The notes beneath the pieces are model-generated. The model had not been told where the DNA came from. It did no database searches and was given only the letters and a program-made list of their open reading frames with translations. A DNA stretch of 64,000 nt from NCBI GenBank assembly GCA_964545475.1, contig CAZJGG010000003.1, positions 757 through 64,756 of the forward strand, in the 5' to 3' direction. The position numbers and the translations under genes are program-made. This DNA comes from an uncultured Eubacteriales bacterium (GTDB lineage Bacteria > Bacillota > Clostridia > Lachnospirales > JAISER01). Positions 19,041 through 27,152 of this stretch are shown here, piece after piece. The stretch's first letter is position 1. Each line of letters starts with the position of its first letter.

Positions 19041-20777
19041 ATGGAATACAGAAAAAGTTATGATGAATGGATAAACAATAAATACTATGACGAGGAAACA
19101 AAGAAAGAACTTTTAGCTATTTCTAACGACGAAAAAGAGATTGAAGACAGATTCCACACAAGCCTTGCATTTGGAACAGGAGGGCTTAGAGGTATTATTG
19201 GTGCGGGCACAAACCGCATGAACGTATACACTGTGCAAAAAGCCACACAAGGGCTTGCAAACACAATTTTAAAGCAAGGAATAGACTTATCAAAAACTTG
19301 CGTTTGTATAGCACACGACCCTCGCCGTTTATCATCTGAATTTGCTAAACAAACAGCTCTTGTTTTAAACGGAAACGGCATTAAGACAGTTGTTTTTGAT
19401 GGTATGCGCCCCACGCCATTTTTGTCTTTCGTTGTGCAAAAACTCGGCGCTATTGCAGGGGTTGTTATAACAGCAAGCCATAATCCTAAAGAATATAACG
19501 GCTATAAAGCATATTGGAGCGACGGCATTCAGCTTACATCACCGAGAGACGAAGAGGTTATAGACGAAGTTAACAAAATTGCAGATTTTGGGCAAGTAAA
19601 AATTGCAAACTATGACGAGGCAGTTAAAAATGGTTTATATACCGTTGGTTCTAAAGAGCTTGACGATGAATTTATTAAATATACTAAAGATTCCAGCTTA
19701 AACCCAGATTTAATAAAAGAACACGGCAAAGATTTAAACATTGTATACACTCCCCTTAATGGTGCAGGCAATATTTTTGTCCGCCGAGTTTTGAAAGAAA
19801 TGGGCTTTGAAAACGTTTTTGTTGTAAAAGAGCAAGAAAATCCAGACCCAACATTTAGTACTCTTGCATATCCAAACCCGGAAGATGCTAAAGCCTTTGA
19901 GCTTGCTTTAAAACTTGCAAATGAAGTTAACGGAGATATTGTTTTGGCAACAGATCCGGATTCCGACAGGCTTGGCGTAGTTGTAAAACATAACGGAGAA
20001 TATGTTTTTATTAACGGTAATATGATAGGCACGTTAATGTGCGAATACATTATAAGTCAAAAACAGAAAAACGGCGTATTACCTAAAGACGGCGCTGTTA
20101 TTTCAACAGTTGTGTCTACAAGGCTTACAAATGCAATAACAGATTATTACGGGCTCACATATTATGATGTTTTAACAGGATTTAAACACATTGGCACAAA
20201 AATGAAGCAGTTTGAAGATGAAAAGAGCAATTCATTTTTGTTTGCATTTGAAGAAAGTTACGGCACACTTGCAGGCCCTCATGTAAGAGATAAAGATGGC
20301 GTTTTGGCGGCAGTGCTAATGTGCGAAATTGCCCTTTATTATAAGCAACAAGGTTTAAGCGTTATTGATGCTCTTGAAAAAATGTATGAACGTTATGGTT
20401 TTTACAAAGAGGGAATTGAAACAATAACTCTTAAAGGGTTAGACGGCTTAATGGAAATGGCGAAAATTATGGCTAATTTGCGCACAAACCCTCCAATGGA
20501 AGTAAACGGAACTGCAATAACTTTGATTAAAGATTATAAGCTTAAAGAAGCGGTAAATACTTCAACAGGCGAAAAAACTGCTTTAACTCTTCCTGTTTCA
20601 GATGTTTTGCATTATACATTAGCAGACGGTTCATGGTTCTGCATTCGTCCTTCCGGCACTGAACCTAAAATTAAAATTTATTTCGGTGTAAAAGGGGAAA
20701 GCGCAGGGGATGCTTCCAAAAAGCTAGAAGCTTTAGTAAACGGCGCAATGGCTTTGGTTGAAAAAGCCGGAAAATAG
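19041..20777 (+). CDS. pgcA: Phospho-sugar mutase (alpha-phosphoglucomutase type)
   Basis: GTGGLRGIIGAGTNRMN, VVITASHNPKEYNGYKAYW, ATDPDSDRLGV, RPSGTEPKIKIYF. Confidence 0.92.
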   Translation: MEYRKSYDEWINNKYYDEETKKELLAISNDEKEIEDRFHTSLAFGTGGLRGIIGAGTNRMNVYTVQKATQGLANTILKQGIDLSKTCVCIAHDPRRLSSEFAKQTALVLNGNGIKTVVFDGMRPTPFLSFVVQKLGAIAGVVITASHNPKEYNGYKAYWSDGIQLTSPRDEEVIDEVNKIADFGQVKIANYDEAVKNGLYTVGSKELDDEFIKYTKDSSLNPDLIKEHGKDLNIVYTPLNGAGNIFVRRVLKEMGFENVFVVKEQENPDPTFSTLAYPNPEDAKAFELALKLANEVNGDIVLATDPDSDRLGVVVKHNGEYVFINGNMIGTLMCEYIISQKQKNGVLPKDGAVISTVVSTRLTNAITDYYGLTYYDVLTGFKHIGTKMKQFEDEKSNSFLFAFEESYGTLAGPHVRDKDGVLAAVLMCEIALYYKQQGLSVIDALEKMYERYGFYKEGIETITLKGLDGLMEMAKIMANLRTNPPMEVNGTAITLIKDYKLKEAVNTSTGEKTALTLPVSDVLHYTLADGSWFCIRPSGTEPKIKIYFGVKGESAGDASKKLEALVNGAMALVEKAGK

Positions 20778-20797
20778 TTATTGATGTCATAAATCTA

Positions 20798-20851
20798 AGA
20801 GCCTGTTCAAAGCCTCGCTTTTAATGGGTTTTCGAGCAAATTTTTTGAGGC
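20798..20851 (-). repeat. Half copy of the dispersed hairpin repeat (copy A)
   Basis: agagcctgttcaaagcctcgcttttaatgggttttcgagcaaattttttgagg matches the reverse complement of the right arm of the copy at 54009-54174. Confidence 0.75.
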
Positions 20852-20873
20852 AACCGCTAAAGTGGTATCTTAT

Positions 20874-20916
20874 GGGCGTGTTGAAATTTTCCCAATAAGG
20901 ATTATTCAACACGCCC
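20874..20916. terminator. 12-bp perfect inverted repeat (hairpin, likely terminator/processing element)
   Basis: gggcgtgttgaa (20874-20885) ... ttcaacacgccc (20905-20916). Confidence 0.6.
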
Positions 20917-20925
20917 ATTAATTGT

Positions 20926-20969
20926 AAGCCGTACTATCCATAATTTTTTATTATGTCGTAGCACGGCTT
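20926..20969 (+). terminator. Hairpin aagccgtacta...tagcacggctt followed by tttataa
   Basis: 11-bp stem with one mismatch. Confidence 0.5.
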
Positions 20970-21048
20970 TTTATAATGGGGAAAGGGGTTATATAGTCTA
21001 TAAATAAAATTAATCTTGTACAGAGCCTTGAAGAGGAGTAAAATGGTT

Positions 21049-21152
21049 AGAGCAATTTGACAAAACATTGACAGGTGTGGAGGGGAAACAGCAAACGTTT
21101 CACCGCTGTTTCCGCGAACATAGCTGTTTATGTTTTTGCAAATAGCTATATG
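21049..21152 (+). repeat. 104-bp direct repeat R1 upstream of the hydrolase lipoprotein gene
   Basis: 99/104 identical by eye to 22351-22454; contains ggaaacagc...gctgtttcc inverted repeat. Confidence 0.95.
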
Positions 21153-21203
21153 AGTAAAGATTTTGTAAATTTTTTCAGAAATCTGTGTGAAAGGAGCGAT
21201 TGT

Positions 21204-22271
21204 TTGATAAAAAGGAAATGTGTTGTTACGATTGCTGCTATTTTGTGTGTCACCATAATGGGAGGATGCGCTAAGGGTGCTCAAACTGAGGTGCTGCAAC
21301 CAGTAGAGTCTTTATCTGAGCAGAAACAATCGGCATTGGAGGAGTCACCATATCAAGAAATTACAATTTCCATTGGTGCAGATGGATATCAGCTGGATGG
21401 AATTTTATGTTTGCCAACCTCTGACGATATCGAGGATGTGGTAATCTTGGTACATGGTTCGGGGCGAAGCGATCTGAACGCCTATAACAGTAAGGCAGGT
21501 CCTAATACGATGTTTCAAGATATTGCCATAGGGCTAGCAGAGCAGGGTATTGCCACAATACGCTATAATAAACGATATTTTCAATATCCTGACCATGCTG
21601 GCGAAGAGGTGACCATTGAAGATGAATCCCTCAATGATGTAGGGTCTGCCATTGCGTTTGCAAAAAATAATGAATATGCTCAGTTTAAGCGAATCACCAT
21701 AGTTGGGCACAGCCTAGGGGGGACGCTGGCACCCCAAATTGCAAAGGATCACCCTGCTGTCGCGGCGATTGTTTCTCTGGGGGGAACGCCAAGACATTTG
21801 GCAGATGTGATCTTTGACCAGAACATGAACTACATCAAACGTACCTTCAACAACGAGGATCAGAGTTTGCAAATACGACAGCTGGAAGAGCAGCTTCAAA
21901 AAACGAAGCAGCTTACCAAAGGAGAATCGGGTATCTCTTATTTTGGATACTCTTCATATTTTTGGGCTAGTCTCAATCGGATAAACGTTGCTGAGCTTGT
22001 GGGTGAATTGGATATTCCAATACTGGCTTTGCAGGGAGATGAAGATTTTCAAATAACCAAAGAAGCTGATTTTTTTGTATGGCAAGAAATCTTGCAAAAT
22101 AAGCCCAATGCCACGTTGATAAGCTATCCCAATCTAAATCATATCTTTATGCAATCAAACGGCAAGACCGACCGTAGCGAATATACCATTAAAGGCAGTG
22201 TAGATGCTAAGGTGATCAGTGATATGGCAAATTGGATTTTAGCACAAACAGAAGTCCGCAATCTCAATTAA
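21204..22271 (+). CDS. Alpha/beta-hydrolase lipoprotein
   Basis: TTG start after AAAGGAGC; lipobox-like CVTIMGGC; VVILVHGSGRSD, VGHSLGGTLAP nucleophile elbow. The track ORF start at 21075 lies inside the repeat. Confidence 0.75.
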   Translation: MIKRKCVVTIAAILCVTIMGGCAKGAQTEVLQPVESLSEQKQSALEESPYQEITISIGADGYQLDGILCLPTSDDIEDVVILVHGSGRSDLNAYNSKAGPNTMFQDIAIGLAEQGIATIRYNKRYFQYPDHAGEEVTIEDESLNDVGSAIAFAKNNEYAQFKRITIVGHSLGGTLAPQIAKDHPAVAAIVSLGGTPRHLADVIFDQNMNYIKRTFNNEDQSLQIRQLEEQLQKTKQLTKGESGISYFGYSSYFWASLNRINVAELVGELDIPILALQGDEDFQITKEADFFVWQEILQNKPNATLISYPNLNHIFMQSNGKTDRSEYTIKGSVDAKVISDMANWILAQTEVRNLN

Positions 22272-22350
22272 TATTCGGTCATGTTAAAATAAGTAATCCA
22301 AGCCCCAAGGGAATACAGGTTCTTAAGTTGATAACATTAGAGCGGCATCT

Positions 22351-22454
22351 AGAGCAACTTGACAAAACATTAACAGGTGTGGAGTGGAAACAGCAGACGT
22401 TTCACCGCTGTTTCTGCGAACATAGCTGTTTATGTTTTTGCAAATAGCTATATG
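22351..22454 (+). repeat. 104-bp direct repeat R2 downstream of the hydrolase lipoprotein gene
   Basis: Five substitutions relative to R1 at 21049-21152. Confidence 0.95.
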
Positions 22455-22689
22455 TTGCTCCGTCAGCCTTTTATTAAAATTATGTTACTGCTTTTAATAT
22501 TTATTGTCTTCATTTCAATTTCTATTAAAAATTTTGAAAAGAAAAAACACTGTAAAATCAAGGAATTTGACAGCTTGGAAAAATTTTTAAAAAAATTTTA
22601 GAAAAATGCTTGACTTTTTTGAATATATGTAATACAATATCGTTCGTTGCGGTACACAAGTTAAGGCAAGCAACAAACAAAAGCCTTAA

Positions 22690-22762
<73 letters not shown>

Positions 22763-22780
22763 TATTTTTATCCGCACAAC

Positions 22781-22853
22781 GGGTTACTAGCTCAGCTGGT
22801 AGAGCACTGGACTTTTAATCCAGTTGTCCCGGGTTCGAGCCCCGGGTAACTCA
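22781..22853 (+). tRNA. tRNA-Lys (TTT)
   Basis: 73-nt cloverleaf GGGTTAC...GTAACTCA, anticodon loop CTTTTAA. Confidence 0.97.
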
Positions 22854-23091
22854 TAAGCCTTACAAGTCTAACGATTTGTAAGGCTTTTGTTTTATATTTT
22901 ACGTTTTACAGTGGCGTAGAAGTTTCTCTAACAAACAAGACAACAGAATGTTTCCAAAAGATATTTATTTTTATTATATATATAAATATTTTAACTTACG
23001 TTTGCAAAAGGCACATACATAAACAATTATTTTTACAAAACAAGTAAATTATTGTTGCAATTTCGTTAAAAATATGTTATTTTAGTTACAG

Positions 23092-23123
23092 ATAGTGAAA
23101 TTTTATTTTTCACTATTTTTTTT
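23092..23123 (+). terminator. Intrinsic-terminator-like hairpin in the leader of the opp operon
   Basis: atagtgaaa-tttattt-tttcactat followed by a T-rich run, about 30 bp upstream of the first ATG. Confidence 0.55.
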
Positions 23124-23150
23124 ATTGCATGATAATTAAGGGGGTATTTG

Positions 23151-24077
23151 ATGCTAAGATATTTGGCAAAAACTTTATTCGCCGGAGTCGTGTCGTTGTT
23201 TGTGCTTATAACAATTACATTTTTTCTGGTACATGCTATTCCAGGGGGGCCGTTTAGTGCAGCGGAGGAAAAAAACGTTCCACAGTTTGTTATTGACCGC
23301 ATGAACGAGAAATTCGGACTTAACGACCCGGTATACGTACAATACGGTCGCTACATGAAAAGCATTTTAAAAGGAGATTTAGGTATTTCCTACAAAAAAC
23401 AAAATACAACAGTTAACGAAATTGTAGAGCAAGGCTTTCCGGTTTCCGCAAAGGTTGGAGCATGGGCTGTTTTAGTTGCCGTTATTGTGGGTATTATTTT
23501 AGGTATTTTATCTGCAATTTATAAAAATACATTTATCGACTGGTTTTGTAGAATTTTTGCTACAATTGGTGTATCGGTTCCGGGCTTTGTTATCGGTGTA
23601 TTTTTGTTATATTTCTTCGCAGTGTATTTAGGGCTTTTCAGAACTATGGGGCTACAATCTTGGAAAGATTACGTTCTTCCCGTTGCAGGGCTTTCGTTTA
23701 CTCCTATCGCTTATATTTCAAGGCTTATGCGCTCAAGCATGCTTGAAAATATGCAGCAAGACTACATAAGAACGGCTAGAGCAAAAGGTGTAAAAGAATT
23801 TTTTGTTATAGTAAAACATGCTTTAAGAAACTCAATTATTCCTATTGTTTCATATGTCGGACCATTAATAGCGGCTTTATTAACTGGCAGCTTCGTTATT
23901 GAGAGATTGTTTACAATACCGGGAATAGGTCGGTTTTTCGTAATGGGTATTACTGACAGGGATTATACTATAGTACTGGGTATGACCATATTCTTCGGCG
24001 GTTTGCTTATTCTTTGTAACATCCTTGTAGACGCTGTTTATGTAGTAATTGATCCGAGAATTAAATTTGACGAGTAG
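23151..24077 (+). CDS. oppB: Peptide ABC transporter permease (OppB/DppB-like)
   Basis: MLRYLAKTLFAGVVSLFVLITITFFLVHAIPGGPF; RTARAKGVKEFFVIVKHALRNSIIPIV EAA loop. Confidence 0.92.
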   Translation: MLRYLAKTLFAGVVSLFVLITITFFLVHAIPGGPFSAAEEKNVPQFVIDRMNEKFGLNDPVYVQYGRYMKSILKGDLGISYKKQNTTVNEIVEQGFPVSAKVGAWAVLVAVIVGIILGILSAIYKNTFIDWFCRIFATIGVSVPGFVIGVFLLYFFAVYLGLFRTMGLQSWKDYVLPVAGLSFTPIAYISRLMRSSMLENMQQDYIRTARAKGVKEFFVIVKHALRNSIIPIVSYVGPLIAALLTGSFVIERLFTIPGIGRFFVMGITDRDYTIVLGMTIFFGGLLILCNILVDAVYVVIDPRIKFDE

Positions 24078-24085
24078 GTGATAAG

Positions 24086-25033
24086 ATGAGTGAAGTAGCA
24101 TATTCAATAGATAATATTAATATTTCTGATAATCTTTTTAACCCAATGCCCGAAGGACAGTCGGACATGGAAAAAATCGTAAGAAAAAGCAAGACGTTTT
24201 GGCAAGATGCATGGGGCAGATTTAAGAAAAACCCGTTAGCCATTGCTGGTCTTGTAATTCTTGTCATTATGGTTATTTTTGCAATACTAGGTCCAATACT
24301 TTCGCCTTATACATATGACCAACAGAATATTTTGAACCAATATCAATCTCCTAATGCGCAGCACTGGTTTGGAACAGATAAGTTCGGCAGGGATATTTTT
24401 GTAAGAATTGCTTATGGCGCAAGGATAAGCTTGGCAATTGGTTTTGCAGCGGCGGCTATAAACATTGTAATTGGTGTTATTTATGGCGGCGTTGCAGGTT
24501 ATTTTGGCGGCAAAATTGATATTATAATGATGCGTTTTGTAGACATTATTGCAGGTATTCCGTCTTTATGTTATGTTATCCTTATAATGCTTTATTTAGG
24601 CAGCAATATTACAAGTATATTGATTGCCATTTGCGTATCTTCATGGACGAGAACGGCTCGTGTTGTTCGTTCACAAGTTTTAACCCTTAGAGAACAAGAT
24701 TTTATTATGGCTGCTAGATGTATCGGTGAAGGTGATTTGTCGATTATTTTTAAGCACTTAATACCAAACAGCCTTGGGCCAATTATAGTTACAGTATCGT
24801 TTTTAATACCGGATGCCATTTTTACAGAAGCATTCTTAAGTTTTTTAGGTATCGGCATTAAAGTGCCAATGGCAAGCTGGGGCACTCTTGCAAATGATGC
24901 CATACCAACGCTTTCATCTTATCCTTATCTAATGTTTATTCCGGCAATTGCAATAAGCGTAACTATATTTGCGCTTAACTTTATCGGCGACGGCTTAAGA
25001 GACAGCCTTGACCCGAAACTTAAGAATAGATAA
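24086..25033 (+). CDS. oppC: Peptide ABC transporter permease (OppC/DppC-like)
   Basis: HWFGTDKFGRDIFVRIAYGARISL; EAA loop; downstream of oppB. Confidence 0.92.
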   Translation: MSEVAYSIDNINISDNLFNPMPEGQSDMEKIVRKSKTFWQDAWGRFKKNPLAIAGLVILVIMVIFAILGPILSPYTYDQQNILNQYQSPNAQHWFGTDKFGRDIFVRIAYGARISLAIGFAAAAINIVIGVIYGGVAGYFGGKIDIIMMRFVDIIAGIPSLCYVILIMLYLGSNITSILIAICVSSWTRTARVVRSQVLTLREQDFIMAARCIGEGDLSIIFKHLIPNSLGPIIVTVSFLIPDAIFTEAFLSFLGIGIKVPMASWGTLANDAIPTLSSYPYLMFIPAIAISVTIFALNFIGDGLRDSLDPKLKNR

Positions 25034-25045
25034 GGGGGAATAGCG

Positions 25046-26050
25046 GTGAGTAATATACTTGAAGTTAAAAACTTAAAAACAACATTTTTTACTGAAGATG
25101 GAAAAGTACAAGCCGTTCGTGGCATTGATTTTAATATAAAAAAAGGCGAATCTGTGGGAATCGTTGGGGAATCCGGCTGCGGCAAAAGCGTTACAATGCT
25201 TTCGATTATGCGTTTATTGTCAAGCAACGCAAATTTTTCTGCCGATTACATAAACTTTGAAGGTGAAAACCTTATTAATAAGACCCGGGCGGATATGCGT
25301 GGCATACAAGGGAATCAGATAGGCATGATTTTTCAAGACCCTATGACGTCCTTAAACCCGGTTTTTACAATTGGAGATCAAATTTGCGAGCCTTTGAAGA
25401 TACATCAAAAATTAAAAGGTGCGGAAGCAAAGAAAAAAGCAGTGGAGCTTTTAAAGCTTGTTGGTATTCCCAGCCCAGAAAGCCGTTTAAAGCAATATCC
25501 TCATGAATTTTCCGGAGGTATGCGCCAAAGGGTTATGATTGCTATTGCCTTAAGTTGTAATCCAAGGCTTTTAATTGCAGACGAACCCACAACTGCACTA
25601 GACGTTACAATTCAAGCCCAAATTTTAGATCTTATGAACGAGCTTAAAGCAAAGCTTGATATGTCTATAATTATGATTACCCATGACTTAGGTGTTATCG
25701 CAAGCACATGCTCAAAGGTTATTGTAATGTATGGCGGTCTTATTATAGAAGAAGCCAGCGCAGACGAATTGTTTGAAAACGCTAAACACCCTTATACTTG
25801 GGGTCTTATAAATTCCTTGCCAAGAGTAACCGAGGGGGGCAAAAAAGAAAAGCTGTTCCCAATACCGGGAAGCCCGCCGGACTTACTTGCGCCACCCAAA
25901 GGCTGCCCTTTTGCGCCAAGATGCCAAAAGGCAATGATGATTTGTCAAGATTATATGCCTAATTTCTGTGATGTATCCGAGACTCATAAAGTCGCTTGTT
26001 GGCTTATGCATCCAAAGGCGAAAAATTTGGACGGAGGAAGATTGGCATGA
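25046..26050 (+). CDS. oppD: Peptide ABC transporter ATP-binding protein (OppD-like)
   Basis: Walker [10 protein letters not shown], signature [11 protein letters not shown], Walker B LLIADEPT; GTG start. Confidence 0.92.
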   Translation: MSNILEVKNLKTTFFTEDGKVQAVRGIDFNIKKGESVGIVGESGCGKSVTMLSIMRLLSSNANFSADYINFEGENLINKTRADMRGIQGNQIGMIFQDPMTSLNPVFTIGDQICEPLKIHQKLKGAEAKKKAVELLKLVGIPSPESRLKQYPHEFSGGMRQRVMIAIALSCNPRLLIADEPTTALDVTIQAQILDLMNELKAKLDMSIIMITHDLGVIASTCSKVIVMYGGLIIEEASADELFENAKHPYTWGLINSLPRVTEGGKKEKLFPIPGSPPDLLAPPKGCPFAPRCQKAMMICQDYMPNFCDVSETHKVACWLMHPKAKNLDGGRLA

Positions 26051-27015
26051 GCGAACAAATGATAGTTAAAAACCTAAAAAAACATTTCCCCATAAGAAAG
26101 GGCTTTTTTGGAGGGGAAAGCAAAGTTGCAAAAGCTGTTGATGATGTTAGCTTTACTATAAATAAAGGTGAAACATTAGGGCTTGTTGGTGAATCCGGCT
26201 GCGGTAAAACCACTGTAGGAAGGTGCATTTTAAAGCTGTATTCTTTAACCTCCGGAGAAATTTGGTTTAATGGCGTAGATATTTCAAAGTTTGACAGAAA
26301 TGAAATGCTGCCTTATCGCAAAAAAATACAGATGATATTCCAAGACCCATTTACCTCTTTGGATCCTCGTATGACCATAGGGCAAATTATCGGAGCACCT
26401 CTTGCTGTACACGGGCTTTACGAGGGGAGCGCAAGGCAGGATAGAATTAAGGAGCTTATTTCAGATGTAGGGCTTAAAAGCGACCATATTAACCGTTATC
26501 CCCATGAATTTTCCGGCGGACAGCGGCAAAGGATTGGCATTGCAAGGGCTTTGGCGGTTGAGCCTGAGTTTATTGTTTGCGATGAGCCGGTTTCCGCATT
26601 GGACGTTTCGATTCAAGCACAAATTATTAATTCTCTTGTGGAGTTCCAAAAGGAACTGGGGCTTACATATTTGTTTATTTCTCATGACCTTTCAGTTGTG
26701 CGATATATTTCTGATAAAGTAGGGGTTATGTATCTGGGTAACATGGTTGAATATGCTGAAGTTGGGGAGATGTATTCAAATATGCAGCATCCTTATTCAA
26801 AATCATTGTTTTCCGCTTTGCCGGAAGCAAACCCGAAAAAAGCAAGGGAAGCAAAACGCATAATTTTACAAGGAGATTTACCTTCGCCAATTAACCCGCC
26901 ATCGGGTTGCGCATTTAGGACGAGATGCAGCGAATGTATGCCTATTTGCAGCGAGCAAAAACCTGCTTTTAAAGACATTGGCGGCAATCACTTTGTTGCT
27001 TGTCATAAGTTCTAG
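26047..27015 (+). CDS. oppF: Peptide ABC transporter ATP-binding protein (OppF-like)
   Basis: GESGCGKTTVGR, SGGQRQRIGIARAL; ATG at 26047 overlaps the upstream stop. Confidence 0.92.
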   Translation: MSEQMIVKNLKKHFPIRKGFFGGESKVAKAVDDVSFTINKGETLGLVGESGCGKTTVGRCILKLYSLTSGEIWFNGVDISKFDRNEMLPYRKKIQMIFQDPFTSLDPRMTIGQIIGAPLAVHGLYEGSARQDRIKELISDVGLKSDHINRYPHEFSGGQRQRIGIARALAVEPEFIVCDEPVSALDVSIQAQIINSLVEFQKELGLTYLFISHDLSVVRYISDKVGVMYLGNMVEYAEVGEMYSNMQHPYSKSLFSALPEANPKKAREAKRIILQGDLPSPINPPSGCAFRTRCSECMPICSEQKPAFKDIGGNHFVACHKF

Positions 27016-27058
27016 TTATAACCGCTAAAGTGTAATTATTGTTACACTTTGGTTATAA
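27016..27058 (+). promoter_or_regulatory. Intercistronic hairpin between oppF and oppA
   Basis: ttataacc-gct-aaagtgtaa ... ttacacttt-ggttataa, 17 bp stem with a 3-nt bulge. Confidence 0.6.
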
Positions 27059-27152
27059 AATATAATACCGTAGTAATTTACGGGAAATGGCGGCTTTGCC
27101 GCCGGGGGCTATTTATAATCTTGCTCCCTAAAAATAACAAGGAGGAAAAACA

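Noticed and set aside
20798-20969. CRISPR-like clustered repeats
   Set aside because: Repeats are single inverted structures of different sequence, with no regular spacer periodicity and no cas genes.
21075-21203. N-terminal extension MWRGNSKRFTAVSANIAVYVFANSYM of the hydrolase
   Set aside because: The same peptide is encoded in the second direct repeat where no hydrolase follows, and a better start (TTG 21204 with SD and lipobox) exists.
21049-22454. Integron attC sites flanking a gene cassette
   Set aside because: The 104-bp repeats lack recognisable GTTRRRY/RYYYAAC core sites and no integrase is present; kept only as a generic repeat-flanked cassette.
22377-22601. 74-aa ORF after the second direct repeat
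   Set aside because: The first third is repeat sequence, the rest is AT-rich hydrophobic reading without an SD; not supportable as a gene.
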